Shown here piece by piece: positions 24,601-37,562 of a stretch of 64,000 bases of DNA (position 1 is its first letter; each line of letters starts with the position of its first letter). Position numbers and translations under genes: made by a program. The notes below the pieces were generated by a model. The model had not been told where the DNA came from, did not search any database, and was given only the letters and a program-made list of their open reading frames with translations. Source of the DNA: Ruditapes philippinarum (lineage: Eukaryota); NCBI RefSeq assembly GCF_026571515.1, contig NW_026856125.1, forward strand, positions 496,001 through 560,000, in the 5' to 3' direction.

Positions 24601-27600
24601 GTAGCTAGGCAAGAAAAATGATAACAAATCTAGGCCAAGTATTGCCAGGTTTAGTTCAAGATTAGTAAAAGACAAGATCATGCGTAACAGAAACTTGTTT
24701 CCAAAATCTGTATCTATCATTGATGATTTAACTTCTGAGAACTACGAGGCGCTCCAATCTATTAAATATAAAAAACCAGACACAGTCCAAGCTGCATGGT
24801 ATAGGAATGGTAGAATATTCATGAAGGACCATTATGAACAGATCCGTCACGTGCCATACAAGGATTTCACTTTCTTGACAAAACTTCCCTGGCCAGAAAA
24901 ACAGCAAAAAATATTTAAAAAATGTGAACTTGTTAACTGCTGGTCAAGCGAAAAGAAGAAAAAACACTAATTTATCTAAATGCAAGAGAAACATTTCATA
25001 AAACATGAAAATAAAGAGTATGCAAAATTACCTATTAACAGTTATTCTTTAATATATTAAAAAATATATGAACATTACTTTAAAAAAATTATATGAATAA
25101 TAAAATTATCTATTACATATATGAACATTGTGTATTATTTAATGTGACAAAAATTCTTTTGTAATTACTGAAAAAGAGATCAAAACTTATTGACCTAAAT
25201 GTACTTACTTTACAACCTAAAAGTGTGAAATCTTACACATTCACCTTTCATCATGACTTTTAAAACATCAGATTTGTAAAAACAACTGTACAGGTAAAAT
25301 ACCAATTCATTCTTAATTGGCGTCTTTACTTTCGATTTTTTGAGATGCCATCAAAAATATATTGGCTTTGGTATAAGTTCCCCGAAGCTCAATATGACAA
25401 TACAATAGTATTTGACATACAAATCATAATATTCTATGAATAAATATCAATGGAATGTTTGTAAACCTTCTCCAAATACACACTTTTAAAGGTATGACAT
25501 CTATTTTTAAAATGCGAATGCTAAACAAAGGAGAAGATTTAAAAAAAACAGCTCCATTCAATAAGCATGTGAGTTATTTAGCCATTTTGTTGTTTTTGCT
25601 TTTTTGTTCTTATTTTGTTTTGTTTTTTGAACTTTTTGAAAAAACCCAAAAAAACTGAGTAATATCAAAATGTCAGTGAATAATTATGGAGTATACAATG
25701 CAATGTAAAAGAGTCATACATCTTTAAAATTGGCCAGTGGCAAAAAAATACTGACAATGCTATTTATTATATTGTTGAATAACTGTATAAAATTAGAATG
25801 TAAACAACTGTTCAGCCTATTAATAACTACATGATGCATTGTATATCATATATGTGTACTATTATTGCCTAACCTTTGTAAACACTGCAAAACAGCTTTA
25901 CTTGCTTTTCATGTATACGCTTATTGTAAATATTGCACTTTTAAATATTTATAAAAATTTGAGAAATACAATTTTTGCCTATATGAGAGTAAAGCATTTG
26001 ATTATACATATTGTATTTACAGTAAACTTCTCTTATAGCAAACACGGATATAGCAAACTTCCGGTTATAAGGAACAATTTATTTTGGCCCGACTTTTGCC
26101 CTTCTTTATTTAATATAAACTTATACTGTTATAGAGAACACGGTTATACGGAATTATCGCTAATAAGGAACTCATTTCTTAGTCCCAATTTAATTAAAAG
26201 TAAAGAAAATTACACTTTGAGAACGAACTCCAAAATATCGGCTATCCGTAAATAGATCTTGCACTTTCAACTTTCATTTTCATTGGCACATATTAAAACT
26301 CGGTTTATTGTTGTATGTACTTCATTACATCTATGAAAATAAATTTGTAAAGCAGTACGTAATAGTTTTCTTTTTAAAACGGTTAATTCTTTTATTCTAT
26401 TATTTCTTTTTTTAAATAGTTTTTCTCGAGTAAAATAATTATGATCATTAATAATCGGTTATCAACATAATCACACATGCTTGCTAATCCATTGAAAACT
26501 ACAAAGTACGCTTGATTGAAATAAAAAGAAATATATATCTTTCATAAGGAAAAGTCATAGAAGATTTTCGATATAAAAGGAAGGAAAAATCGAAAATCTG
26601 GATTATTCTTAATCATGAAAGAAAACGAAAAGCACTGAATGTAGAAAGGAAATATGATATTTTATGAGAAATTGAGAAAGGAAGTAAAGCTAAAACTGAA
26701 ATAGCAAAGGATTTTCAAATTCCAAAAAGTACGGTCTCGAGTATTGTGTCTAAAAAAGAATAAATGACTTACCTTTTTTAATCAAATGATTTTCAAAATG
26801 GAGGACAATGATTTCGTGATATGTAAAACTGTTCGCTAAAAAAAACTACTGATACAAGGAACTAATTCGCTTTATGCTTACATATATGTTCCGGTTACAA
26901 GGAACAGATTTTAATGCCCCTATGAGTTCGTTATAAGCGAGTTTACTGTACTTTTCCTTATGAAGAGTTTCTCAGTTGAATTATGTTATAAAATATTGTT
27001 TTTTTTAAATAAAAGTGTTGATGTTTTTGTTTTGTTTTTTTTTTCGGGGGGGGGGATGTTAATGGTTTTTTTCTCCACTTTTTAGGTGAAGTTAAATCGT
27101 GTTTTCTCTCTTGTGTGTGTACTTTTCAGGTCATTTGTTTTGAGGGTTTTTTGTTGTTTGCTTTTTTAAAAATGATTTAGTTCGTCATTTTTTTATCTTT
27201 CATGTGATTTAATCTCCTTTTTTTAAAATTCAATTAAAGAATCTTTTTTACAATTACCTTTATATGCATCTCTCAACCAACACCCTTTCTTCACCTATTT
27301 TAAAAAGTCTGTTTGACTTAAAATACTTTCTGTAGTTTTTATTTTTTTTTACTATTACATATACTCAATACTCTAGAAATTAATTACTAAATTTCCCAAG
27401 GCCTTACCTTCATTAATGAATAATATTATCTTATTTCATAAATAATTATTAAGAACAATGATCGTTTCCTCTCTTAACAACATCTAAAATATCATCTATA
27501 ATTTTAATAATATATGGAATCAACAATAACCACAATGAATGTTAGGGGTTTAGGAAATGCAAGTAAAAGAAAACAAGTCTTTCAATGGCTGAAATCCTTG

Positions 27601-29676
27601 AGAACGTCCAGAAACTCACCTACCTGATAATAAAAGTTCATTTTGGAAATCTGATTGGAAGGGAGATTCTTAGACAGTGAAGGTGTTGCAATTCTGCTTA
27701 TTATAATAATATAGAAGTAACATATGATGTTATTAGCTTTAAAAAAATTGTAAAAGGACGTATTTAAGCATTAAAACTTACCTATAAAGATCAAGATATA
27801 ACAGTTATAAATATATATGGACCAAATAAAGATGATGATGCTTTTTCAAACTTCTTGAAAACTATATTCTTGAAAATAATGATAAAAATCTCATAATTGG
27901 GGCGATTTTAATAGAGTTCTTGATCCTACAAAGAATGAAAGAAATGGTCTTTTTGCTTCGCACCATAAATCAAGAAATAAACTCAAAGATATTATAAAAG
28001 ATTGTAACCTTATTGATATACAGAGAAAACTAAATGAAAATTCATATCAATATTCACGACGGTCAAATACCACACCAAAAATATACTGCAGAATTGACTA
28101 TTTTATTGTGTCTGAATATTTAACTAATTTAATATCTCAATATAATATCAAACCAGCCTTTAAATCTGACCACTAGTGCGTTACCTTAAATATTAAACTT
28201 TGAAATTGTAATAGTTGTCTTGAAGGTTGGAGCCCTCAAAAGAATAATTTAAAATATGCAGAAAATATGAATTTTACTTGGACTTCAAAACATGCGAGAA
28301 CTCTTGGCATAACGTTCTACACAATCTCCAAAATGAATATGCTTAACTTAGAACCTAAACTACTTGAATTTAAAACATATTTAAAACAGTGGCAACACCG
28401 TAAACTAAAATTCGTACATAAGCCTTTATAAATTTGAAATAGCAAAACAAATTATAAGTCATGATACACAAGATTATTTAAAATTTCATCAATTAATCTC
28501 AGCTATCCCAAAGAGCCGTAAAGAAATCATTTCAATGCATCATCTCTATAGGAATAAAGAAGATGTTCAAATAGAAAAAACAAAAAAAAACAGAGTCACC
28601 AAATCAGCTGTTGTATAAATTTCAAATGAATGCAATAACTATTTAAAAACCAACTGCATCCATAAAATGGGAAAACATATTTAATGACAATGAAATAGAT
28701 TGGAAACCAATATTTAATATACCTTTTAAGTCTACAATCGACACCAATCTTCGTAGTTTTCAATACAAATTTTAATGCAGTTAGTCCCAACAAATAAATA
28801 CCTTTTTAAATGCAAATTATCATCTAGCAATTTGTGTGATTTTTGTTCTATGGAGATAGAATCTTTTGAACATTTAATATGGGAATGTCAATTGACACAA
28901 GTTTTCTGGAACAAAATTTAAACAATCTTATTCTCTAAAGATTATGAAATACCTCTAAGCTTAAGACAGGTGTGTTCCGGTATATTAGGTAAACATAATT
29001 CTATAAATTGTATCATAGTTCTGTGTAAATACTTCATATTTCAAATGAAATATAGCAAAATATACCCACTTTTGAAAATTTATGCCATTTCTCTCCTACA
29101 GGATTAGAATTGAAAAAGAAATATCGTGAATACAAGACAATCTACAAAATTTTGAAGGAAAATGGTCAATTTTCAATGAAACTCAACTTTTACAGACCCA
29201 AAAAACCACACAATTTAGACATATAATTATGCCAATACACATAGAAAAGGAAACGAACTTGAACTCTTATCCCCTTTAGTCCATTCCTTATATTTTTTCA
29301 TTTATATATATATTTTACTGAGTATTAGCTTTGTCAAATATTATAATGAATGTAATTTTTTTAATACATAACTGTAGGGATATAACTGACTTTCATCTTT
29401 CCTCTCTCTCTCTCTTTTCTTCTCTCATTCTTCATTTATTTTTCCTTTTTTATACACTTTCTTTTCTCTTTGTTCATACTTATAATGCACTTTATAGTAC
29501 TATATGTTTAATTAGCACTCATTTTTTTGTCAAAAACTTTTGTAAAAGATCTTAAGATACAAATATTCTTTTCATAATCTGATAACATTGATTTGACATT
29601 ATTTTTATGTGTTTAATTACATGTACTATGATTTGAATGTTTGTATATTATGATTGAAAAATAAAAGAGAAAAAAA
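24601..29676 (+). mobile_element. Degenerate L1/Tx1-type LINE (ORF1 end, APE endonuclease, RT deleted, C-terminal zinc knuckle)
   Basis: ORF1-like SIIDDLT..AWYRNGRIF; NVRGL, NIYGPN, RIDYF, SDH at 27535-28175; LCDFC..EHLIWEC ~28830; AATAAA + A tail; TSD tacct(t/c)att; empty site ~5480. Confidence 0.85.
26020..26948 (+). mobile_element. pogo/Tigger-family deletion derivative nested in the LINE
   Basis: TA-CAGTAAAC..GTTTACTG-TA; HTH remnant RKRKALNVERKYDIL*EIEKG..EIAKDFQIPKSTVSSI at ~26620-26760. Confidence 0.85.
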
Positions 29677-29754
29677 TACCTCATTATTAAGAAGTAATGA
29701 ACGAATTCAGCAGGTGTCGCATAACAATGATTTGTTTTAATAAAATCTCACTGT

Positions 29755-29818
29755 GTGAGAAACCCTGGACCCTCGGAATACTGTTCCGCGGCTCTACCGA
29801 CTGAGCTATCCTGCCGCT
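29755..29818 (-). repeat. tRNA-like head remnant (SINE-derived); paralog 5560-5623
   Basis: GGATAGCTCAGTCGGTAGAGC D-arm/A box and a CGGAA..TTCCG stem, but no T arm. Confidence 0.5.
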
Positions 29819-32780
29819 TACACCTTATCTCCCCTAAATAGTGAACAGTATAGATATAACTTACGCCCCTCGTTCAAATCAGTTTGCCTCGTGTTTCGAT
29901 GTTCGTTCTCTTTTGTATCATAGTCCAACGTAAAACACGTTCCCTGTTGTCACAATATGAAACCCCAGAAAAAGGTAACCAATGAACAAGCATCTGAATA
30001 TAATATTTCTATCGCTTTCCCTTTCTCTGCCTTCACAATAGTTTAACCCCCGCAAAAATGTGTCAATCAATGGGCATGCTCTGGAGTGCGGGTAACTTAT
30101 ACCTGCTCTCCAGTTAATGCACTGTGCATGTACAGGTATACGATTTCACTTTGTCACATTTTCAAAAGAAAGGTCCTCAAACTATGATACACTTACTAGG
30201 CATTAACATTCCGGCTGTTTACCTGCAGTTTTATCATTCAAATGAATACAATGTATATATTAGTCAAAGACATGAAGAACATTTTAAGTAGAAACAACTT
30301 TGTAAATTCATTACGCATTGACTAAGATGTAACTTGAAGTTGCATTTTGATAGTGGTTTAGAAGATTAACAAAATTGTTGTAAATTGTCTAAGAAGTAAA
30401 TCAAAATTTTTGAATTCTATTTATAATTCTGACACTTTAGGGATTTACCGATGACCACAATAAGGTCACAAAATATATTAAGGGAGCTAAATAATAAATA
30501 CGCGTACACATTACAAATGTATTTGAATTAATAAATTTTAAAAGTAAAACTAGTCCAATGGTTATGCGTCTATATAGTGAGANNNNNNNNNNNNNNNNNN
30601 NNNNNNNNNNNNNNNNNNNNNNNNNNNNNNNNNNNNNNNNNNNNNNNNNNNNNNNNNNNNNNNNNNNNNNNNNNNNNNNNNNNNNNNNNNNNNNNNNNNN
30701 NNNNNNNNNNNNNNNNNNNNNNNTCTGAGTATTGACATTAAAAACACTTACGGAAATAAATATATTATATTTAAACAAAATTAAAGATGAAATAACTATA
30801 CAGATATAAATATGTGAACAAAAATTCATGATAGCCCTTCTTTTTGTCATTGCTTATCAATGCACAAGTTCTAATACATAAGTGCATGAATATCTAACTT
30901 CAATTTAATCGTATATACACATTTAATATAATGTATTTATCTCCCTAATTGAAGAATGATTTTATCTAGCCTGGTTCATGCAAATTTGTGAACAATCAAA
31001 GATAGAAAGATTGTAAGTTAAATGGTCAAAAGACACTACCCTTAACTCTGTATCGAGTATAAGCATAATAAAAAAATGCAACCGTACGCGTGATACTGAT
31101 GCCATAATAACAGAAACGACTATTTTTAAAAACTCCGATGCATGAAATGACGATCCAGAGTAAGTGCATTTGTTATATTTATTTTCAAATTTTTAAACAC
31201 TTATTGAAATCTATAAACAGCAAAATTTATATTATTCAAGAGCAATTAAATTGGTTAAGACTCATGTTACCAGTTTAATACTTTTTGCATTATAAATAAG
31301 TGATGAGAACCAATGCAGGAATAGTGTAATAAAACAAAATAAAGTGATCTGGAACATTATATGGCTATTTTAGGAATGGTTTTAACTGTTTAGCAATGGT
31401 ATAAATGGTATCTTGCATGCGCCATTCTCTTTTGAGGCAATTTACTATCATATTTTTTGTATATAGGCATTTGCAAGTATTTGAAAACTGAAACAATAAT
31501 CATCTTTATAGCAGATATATAGCTTGGTACACTGTTAAACCATATTTTAACGAAATCAGCATGCATAGACTGATAAGAAAACTTTATAAGATATATAAGT
31601 CTATTTTTGTAAAATTAGTATGCCTATGATATTTGGAATTTCCAAGCGTCCTCTACTTATGTCTACCTATGTTTTACAAATAATTCAGATGTAAATAAAT
31701 CATGGATAAGTCAATTTTCTGATTAAAATCTAATTTAAAGATTATTATTGATTGTTCTAAATTGCATTCGATGTATATTGCCTCGTCTTTGCAAACTGGT
31801 TGTTGTGGAGGGGCAAATTACAATCCTTGGGGTATTTTTCTAAAAAATCTAGTAGTGAAACAACATGCACAATATCTATGGAATGGGAGAATATTTCTAT
31901 TATATTGTTGCTATGCAATTCTTAGACATTTGACCATGTGGACATAACTTATTTATTTTTGGTTAAGATAGACTAGGCAATAATACATTCAAAATATAAG
32001 TATTAAACATTTAACGTCTATATAAATTTGATGTCTCAAAGAGTGATGTTGATCTTAATCTGAAGAAGTCTTAAACTGTGTCAGATAGTGTCAAATACTC
32101 TTAATTTCATTTGATTGGCTATAAAGATACAGAGTGGAGACAAAATTGATTACAAACCGACATATTTTACATACATTCTAAGATATATATATTATATAAT
32201 TTACTTTGTCATGATATAATGAAGCATTTTTTAATCTCAATTGTAGTCAGAGTTTATCATCCCATCAAATTATCTTGATTTTTTTCCTTAAAATATAAGT
32301 AGACATATACATGTATTTATAAACAAAGTGCAATAAAAAACACAAATAGTTTTGCTTTGTGTGTATTAATATTTCACAAATAAGAAAAAAACAGAAAGAT
32401 TTTATTTGAAATCGGTAGTATCCACTTGTGTCTTACTACAAAGAACCTACAATGAAATAAAAGACGGACATGAAATAAGAAAATATGCAAAAAGGATTAA
32501 TAAATTTAGATATTGTAATCATTAAGCTACATACTTTCATTTGGTATGGTTCAATAGTACACTTCTGTCGTTTTTAAAGTATGATATTTATAATGATATA
32601 CTACTATCTGGATTTAAATAATGCGCTTGCACAGAAAGAACTTTCAGAGACGAAAATTCTATGATTGTTTCCAGAAGGTGCCAGTCTGATCTACTAAAAT
32701 ATGTTGTATTGAAAAGGAAATAAATGAAATTTATTTATAAGCATCTGATGTTTAAACTTACGTTTTGTTTTGAGTACCAA

Positions 32781-32816
32781 TCAACATTGTTGTGTTTTAC
32801 ACGGAAATATTTGCAA
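32781..32816 (-). pseudogene. Terminal TSP1 exon, detached 3' part
   Basis: LQIFPCKTQQC* continues the frame once the insertion and one TSD copy are removed; matches the paralog at 8706-8742; AATAAA ~32730. Confidence 0.85.
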
Positions 32817-32820
32817 AGAA

Positions 32821-35800
32821 GGTCTCAACCCGGTACGGAATTAGACCCAGCCCATTGTAGTCTAGAAAGTAGTTCTTTAAAATTATGAAATGGCCCAATT
32901 TAAGTCATCTCTAGTTAGATTGTTCATAATTAAAGTGTATTTATTGCATGTGTGTAGTTTTTGTGTGTTATATGATGACTTTAAAAGTTGTTTTTTTGTG
33001 TATTCTCCAGGAACTCATTTGTTGGTGGAAGGATTAAAGATGTACTACCCACCAGCTGTCAGGAGTTTTTAAAGTGGTGAATTTAAACAGTGTTACAACA
33101 GAATGAAGATTTCTGAAAAAAGTAGATGGCTAACCTATTATATTTTGGGCATCATTTGACTTAGATAGTGTTAATGTTTAAAGTTGAAGACAGTATATAA
33201 TTCATCAAGAACATTGGAATCCAGAATTAAACCTCAAATTTGACTGATTTACTATAGAACTAATAGTACGAAAATTCACCGGGCCGAGTCCAAGATAAGA
33301 AATGTCAAAAATGGGAACTGGTTGATGGATATGGATGAAACTTTGCATCAGTGTTGTGTTCATGAATAGAAGTCAGGAAAAAAAGGATTACTGACAGCTA
33401 GGTTTGAAAATTTAAATTTTATTTCAAATTTTAAAATTTGACATTTTAAAATTGGGACATATGTTGTTGTTGTTATCTCCCTTCAAATGTAGATGTCTGC
33501 TACTGTGTCAGTAAGCAGGGAGAAGGGTACAGAGCTTTTGCATGAAAGATTAACCACATTTTATTGAATTAAAACTGTAAAAATAAATTTAGAATTAAAA
33601 AATGAAATTTAAATTTTGTAAAAAGCAGTTTATAAATTGATAAATTTTATTTTTGCACCCTGTGTTAAGCAATATGCTATAAATCTAGCTTATTTTTTAA
33701 GATTTATATAGAAAATGATAATTTTTAGAGAAATGCATCTTAAATTATGGATAATTATGCATTGAAGGAATTGGGAGTGTGTGGTTTCAGATTGGTTACA
33801 TTGGTAAAAAAAGTGATTGGCAAGCTCATTCCAGAGCTCTCTAAGGGGCCCAAAGATTCACCGGCCATGGGATTTGAAACAAGTACCATAGTAGCCTATT
33901 GCTCATAATGGACCACACATTATATGTTTGATGTTTCAGCAAAGGATTGATGCTGTAGTAATCAGTATGTAAATATTCACTATTGTCCTGTATTTAAATG
34001 AAGAAGAACTAACAATTGAACAGGACAAATGTGATTTATATTTGGAAATATAGGCATTTTCAGTGTAGTGAAACTTGATGTTTTGCTGTGTTGCAGAATG
34101 TATTTGCTAGTAAATAATACACATAAAAGATTTTCTAGTCATTAAACAGTGTATTTTATGGATAATTGGCTCATTTAGAATAACACAGTTGATATAATTG
34201 TTGTTGTTGTTGTTGTTGTAGCTGCTACAGCAGTTAAATTAGGTTAGGTTTATAATGTTCTAAACTGCTATTTTCATGCAGGCATGCATTTTTCAGAACA
34301 CAATATTTATATATGCTCTCCTGTGTGAATTTAAAATTAGCCATTTATTAATTTAAGACATTATTTTCTTTCTTTTTCAGATATTAGAATTTTACAGCAT
34401 AAATGCCCCTTATAATTTTCTTAAGCATTCCTTAGTGTTGCATATTTTTTAGACCATGCAGTTACCAAAGCCTGGGTTTGAGTATATGACCTTACCTTAT
34501 CCTGGTAAAGATCTATAGAAGGACTCCTTCACTCTGTTTGGCAGGGCAGCTTTGTTTCAGGCACATTGAAGAAGGTAATAACTTTTGTCTAGTTTGAAAC
34601 TTACTATTGGCGGTAGCGCCTACCCAATGCTCGGGAATATTTGGTCAAGTTATTTTTTGAATGTATTGGTCAGAGAAAATTTCTATAATTCTGACTATAT
34701 TAAGACTTCTCAATGATTTTAAAGTGGGACAGTATGTGTGTCATCTTTTAAAGCCTTATTTGTGGGAGAGTTGGCTAATCTTACTTTGTCAGAAGACAAT
34801 AGCCCATGGTGATATGGTAACCTCTTTGCTAACCTTTAAGATTACCTCTGTTTGTCTTTTATTGATATCTTAAGCAAACAATGTAGGGTGTGTATGTTGG
34901 TTCTTCTTTACTTTATTTACCATGGTATATAGGTAAAAATCATAATCAGTAAGTTTTTATTACAATATTGAAGGAAAAAAGATTTGAAAAAAGCACATTT
35001 AATTGTGATTACTTGTATTTTAACGCCAAAAATTTCAATGCTCTCATTTAAAGAAATTGAGTTCTATTACAATTTTTAAGCAATAAGTTCTTATTCTTTC
35101 AATAGAAGTAACTGTATGACATTAGCGGTAACATTTAAACTTTATTCAAAGAAAATCCATTTACAGAATCAAAAGATATTGACGAATTTGTAATATAAAT
35201 TTTGCGTAAATTCTATTGCCGAGCCTGACTTTTCGCATGAAGGTTCATATTTAAGAAATTGTACCACATTAATGTAATTTGTTAGAGACATGTCAAACCT
35301 ATATGACTGTATTTGTATAACACTAAATTACTAGGAAATGAGTATAAAGTTTGGCTTAACTTAAATTTTGGATTCATTTAGGTCTCAACCCGGTACGGAA
35401 TTAGACCCAGCCCATTGTAGTCTAGAAAGTAGTTCTTTAAATTATGAAATGGCCCAATTTAAGTCATCTCTAGTTAGATTGTTCATAATTAAAGTGTATT
35501 TATTGCATGTGTGTAGTTTTTGTGTGTTATATGATGACTTTAAAAAGTTGTTTTTTGTGTATTCTCCAGGAACTCATTTGTTGGTGGAAGGATTAAAGAT
35601 GTACTACCCACCAGCTGTCAGGAGTTTTTAAAGTGGTGAATTTAAACAGTGTTACAACAGAATGAAGATTTCTGAAAAAAGTAGATGGCTAACCTATTAT
35701 ATTTTGGGCATCATTTGACTTAGATAGTGTTAATGTTTAAAGTTGAAGACAGTATATAATTCATCAAGAACATTGGAATCCAGAATTAAACCTCAAATTT

Positions 35801-35850
35801 GACTGATTTACTATAGAACTAATAGTACGAAAATTCACCGGGCCGAGTCC
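32821..35850. mobile_element. Composite-type non-autonomous DNA element with long terminal direct repeats (KolobokP-like)
   Basis: Direct repeats 32821-33291 and 35381-35850 differ only in homopolymer lengths as far as I can see; ends GGTCTCAACCCGGT / ACCGGGCCGAGTCC are imperfect inverted repeats; TSD AGAA; empty site in the paralog (gcatagaatctccc ~8740). Confidence 0.85.
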
Positions 35851-35969
35851 AGAATATCCCGTGCAATCGCTCTCACGCCCCGTACTACATCTTCTTATCC
35901 CAGCACGTGTTCCAGATCCGCATGTCACAGAACACGAGCCATAAAACCATTCTGACCATCTTGGTGTTA
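35851..35969 (-). CDS. Terminal TSP1 exon, 5' part (interrupted by the element at 32821-35850)
   Basis: LTPRWSEWFYGSCSVTCGSGTRAGIRRCSTGRESDCTGYS; WSxW and CSVTCG motifs; reads into the element to a stop at 35764. Confidence 0.88.
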
Positions 35970-36942
35970 CTTTCAAAGAGAAAAAGCATTGAATATTAAA
36001 AATGAGATCACGTATATTAATCGCGTATATTAAGAAGTTGAACTGCCTGAAACCATATAATTTTAAATTCTTGCAGAAATCTGGTCAAACACTTATACTG
36101 ATTGTGTATTGTCATATTAAACATACACGTATTTGTTTAAAAAAGTGAACTAATTCTATATATTATGAATTTGTTTTCTAGGTATCTTATCACTTCGGGT
36201 TATTGAAACTTATGTAATTCTACGTGATATATTTTTGACATTTCTGTATGTTTTAATCTCAGTTAAGTGTATATCCACTTGTGTCTAAGTACAAAGAACC
36301 TAAAATAAAAATAAAAGACGGACATGAAATAAAAGAAAATTTAAAAAAGGAATAATAAATTCAGATATTGTACCAATATATCTTTTGAAAAAAATATTGT
36401 CTGAACTTTGAAAAGATGATTTTTCCGAAATGCTGATATGAAATAAATATGACAGTAAATTGCATGATAGGCAAAAGTGACCAAAAAAACCATTTTTAAT
36501 CAGTTTTAAAAAACGAACACCCTATTAAATTTTCCCAAGATATTCATAAGATAAAGGGGATAATTAATTTTAATATTGTTTTAATTTTATAAAAAAATTT
36601 TTAAGATAAGATCTTACCCTTTGTTTTACACGAATAAACAATACGTAAGACATTACTGATGTATTTTATGCAAAACTCTTTCATGACAGCTATAAGGTCA
36701 AAGTTCACTTGGATTTCTGATCTAAGTTCAAATATATTCAATAAGATTTGCCCTGTCATTCTAAAAACAATATAATAAAGTTTATAATCTGGATGAATGT
36801 TTAATTCATACACCATTTGTACACAACCACGTATTTAATTCAAAGAATAACTTGAACTTTACATAAATTATTTAATCTTTTACTTACACCCGGCTTTTTA
36901 TTTTGTAAACAGAAAAAGGTAAATGATAAAAGAAAATCTTAC

Positions 36943-37056
36943 AAGAACAAGTTTCGCCATAGAAGCCTTTTGGGCATACACAGCTGAAATATGGTGACGT
37001 GTTATTTGAAACGCAATGCCCGCCGTTTTGACATGGTTTTGTCTCACACACAGTTT
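36943..37056 (-). CDS. EGF exon
   Basis: 114 nt; QTVCETKPCQNGGHCVSNNTSPYFSCVCPKGFYGETCS|gtaag. Confidence 0.9.
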
Positions 37057-37111
37057 CTGGATAACGATGTATAAATATACATTGATTACGAAAGCACTCA
37101 CAAGGTAATGT

Positions 37112-37112
<1 letters not shown>

Positions 37113-37166
<54 letters not shown>

Positions 37167-37178
37167 GAATAATAATAA
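37113..37178. repeat. (AAT)n microsatellite
   Basis: ~20 near-perfect units. Confidence 0.95.
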
Positions 37179-37451
37179 AACATTACATAATAAGATATCA
37201 GAATTAACAGTCGTGGAACCTAAAAAGGTTTAGATAGTAAAACATTATGATTCCAGATGTCTTTATAGCCTAATTAAGACCGGCTTACACACGAACGTCG
37301 TATTGCCATTAGATATGAATAATTTTTAGATTTAAGAGAAGTTTAATTTTGCTAAGTAAAATTAGAATTTCGGTTTTGAAAACCATTTTTTCATTGAATA
37401 TGAGATTTTAATGTAAAAAAAAACAACCAAGATGTTAATAATTGTTTTTAC

Positions 37452-37562
37452 GTTCACAATGTTGTCCAGCATACCCCGCCGTGCAGTTACAATGGTAAAA
37501 GGGGAAGGTATCCTGGTGATGACATGTTCCATGTGGTCCACATTGCTTGACATGACACGCAT
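37452..37562 (-). CDS. EGF exon
   Basis: 111 nt, phase 1-1; DACHVKQCGPHGTCHHQDTFPFYHCNCTAGYAGQHCE. Confidence 0.9.

Noticed and set aside
32890-33072. 60-aa ORF repeated at 35368-35631
   Set aside because: Lies in the direct repeats, has no recognisable motif, and its conservation only reflects repeat identity.
34453-34573. Possible captured exon in the composite core (tag|...|gtaata)
   Set aside because: Stops in all three forward frames and no recognisable protein; a non-coding exon cannot be excluded.
32821-35850. LTR retrotransposon / TRIM-LARD interpretation
   Set aside because: Repeats end GG..CC, not TG..CA; no primer-binding site or polypurine tract on either strand; no gag/pol remnants seen.
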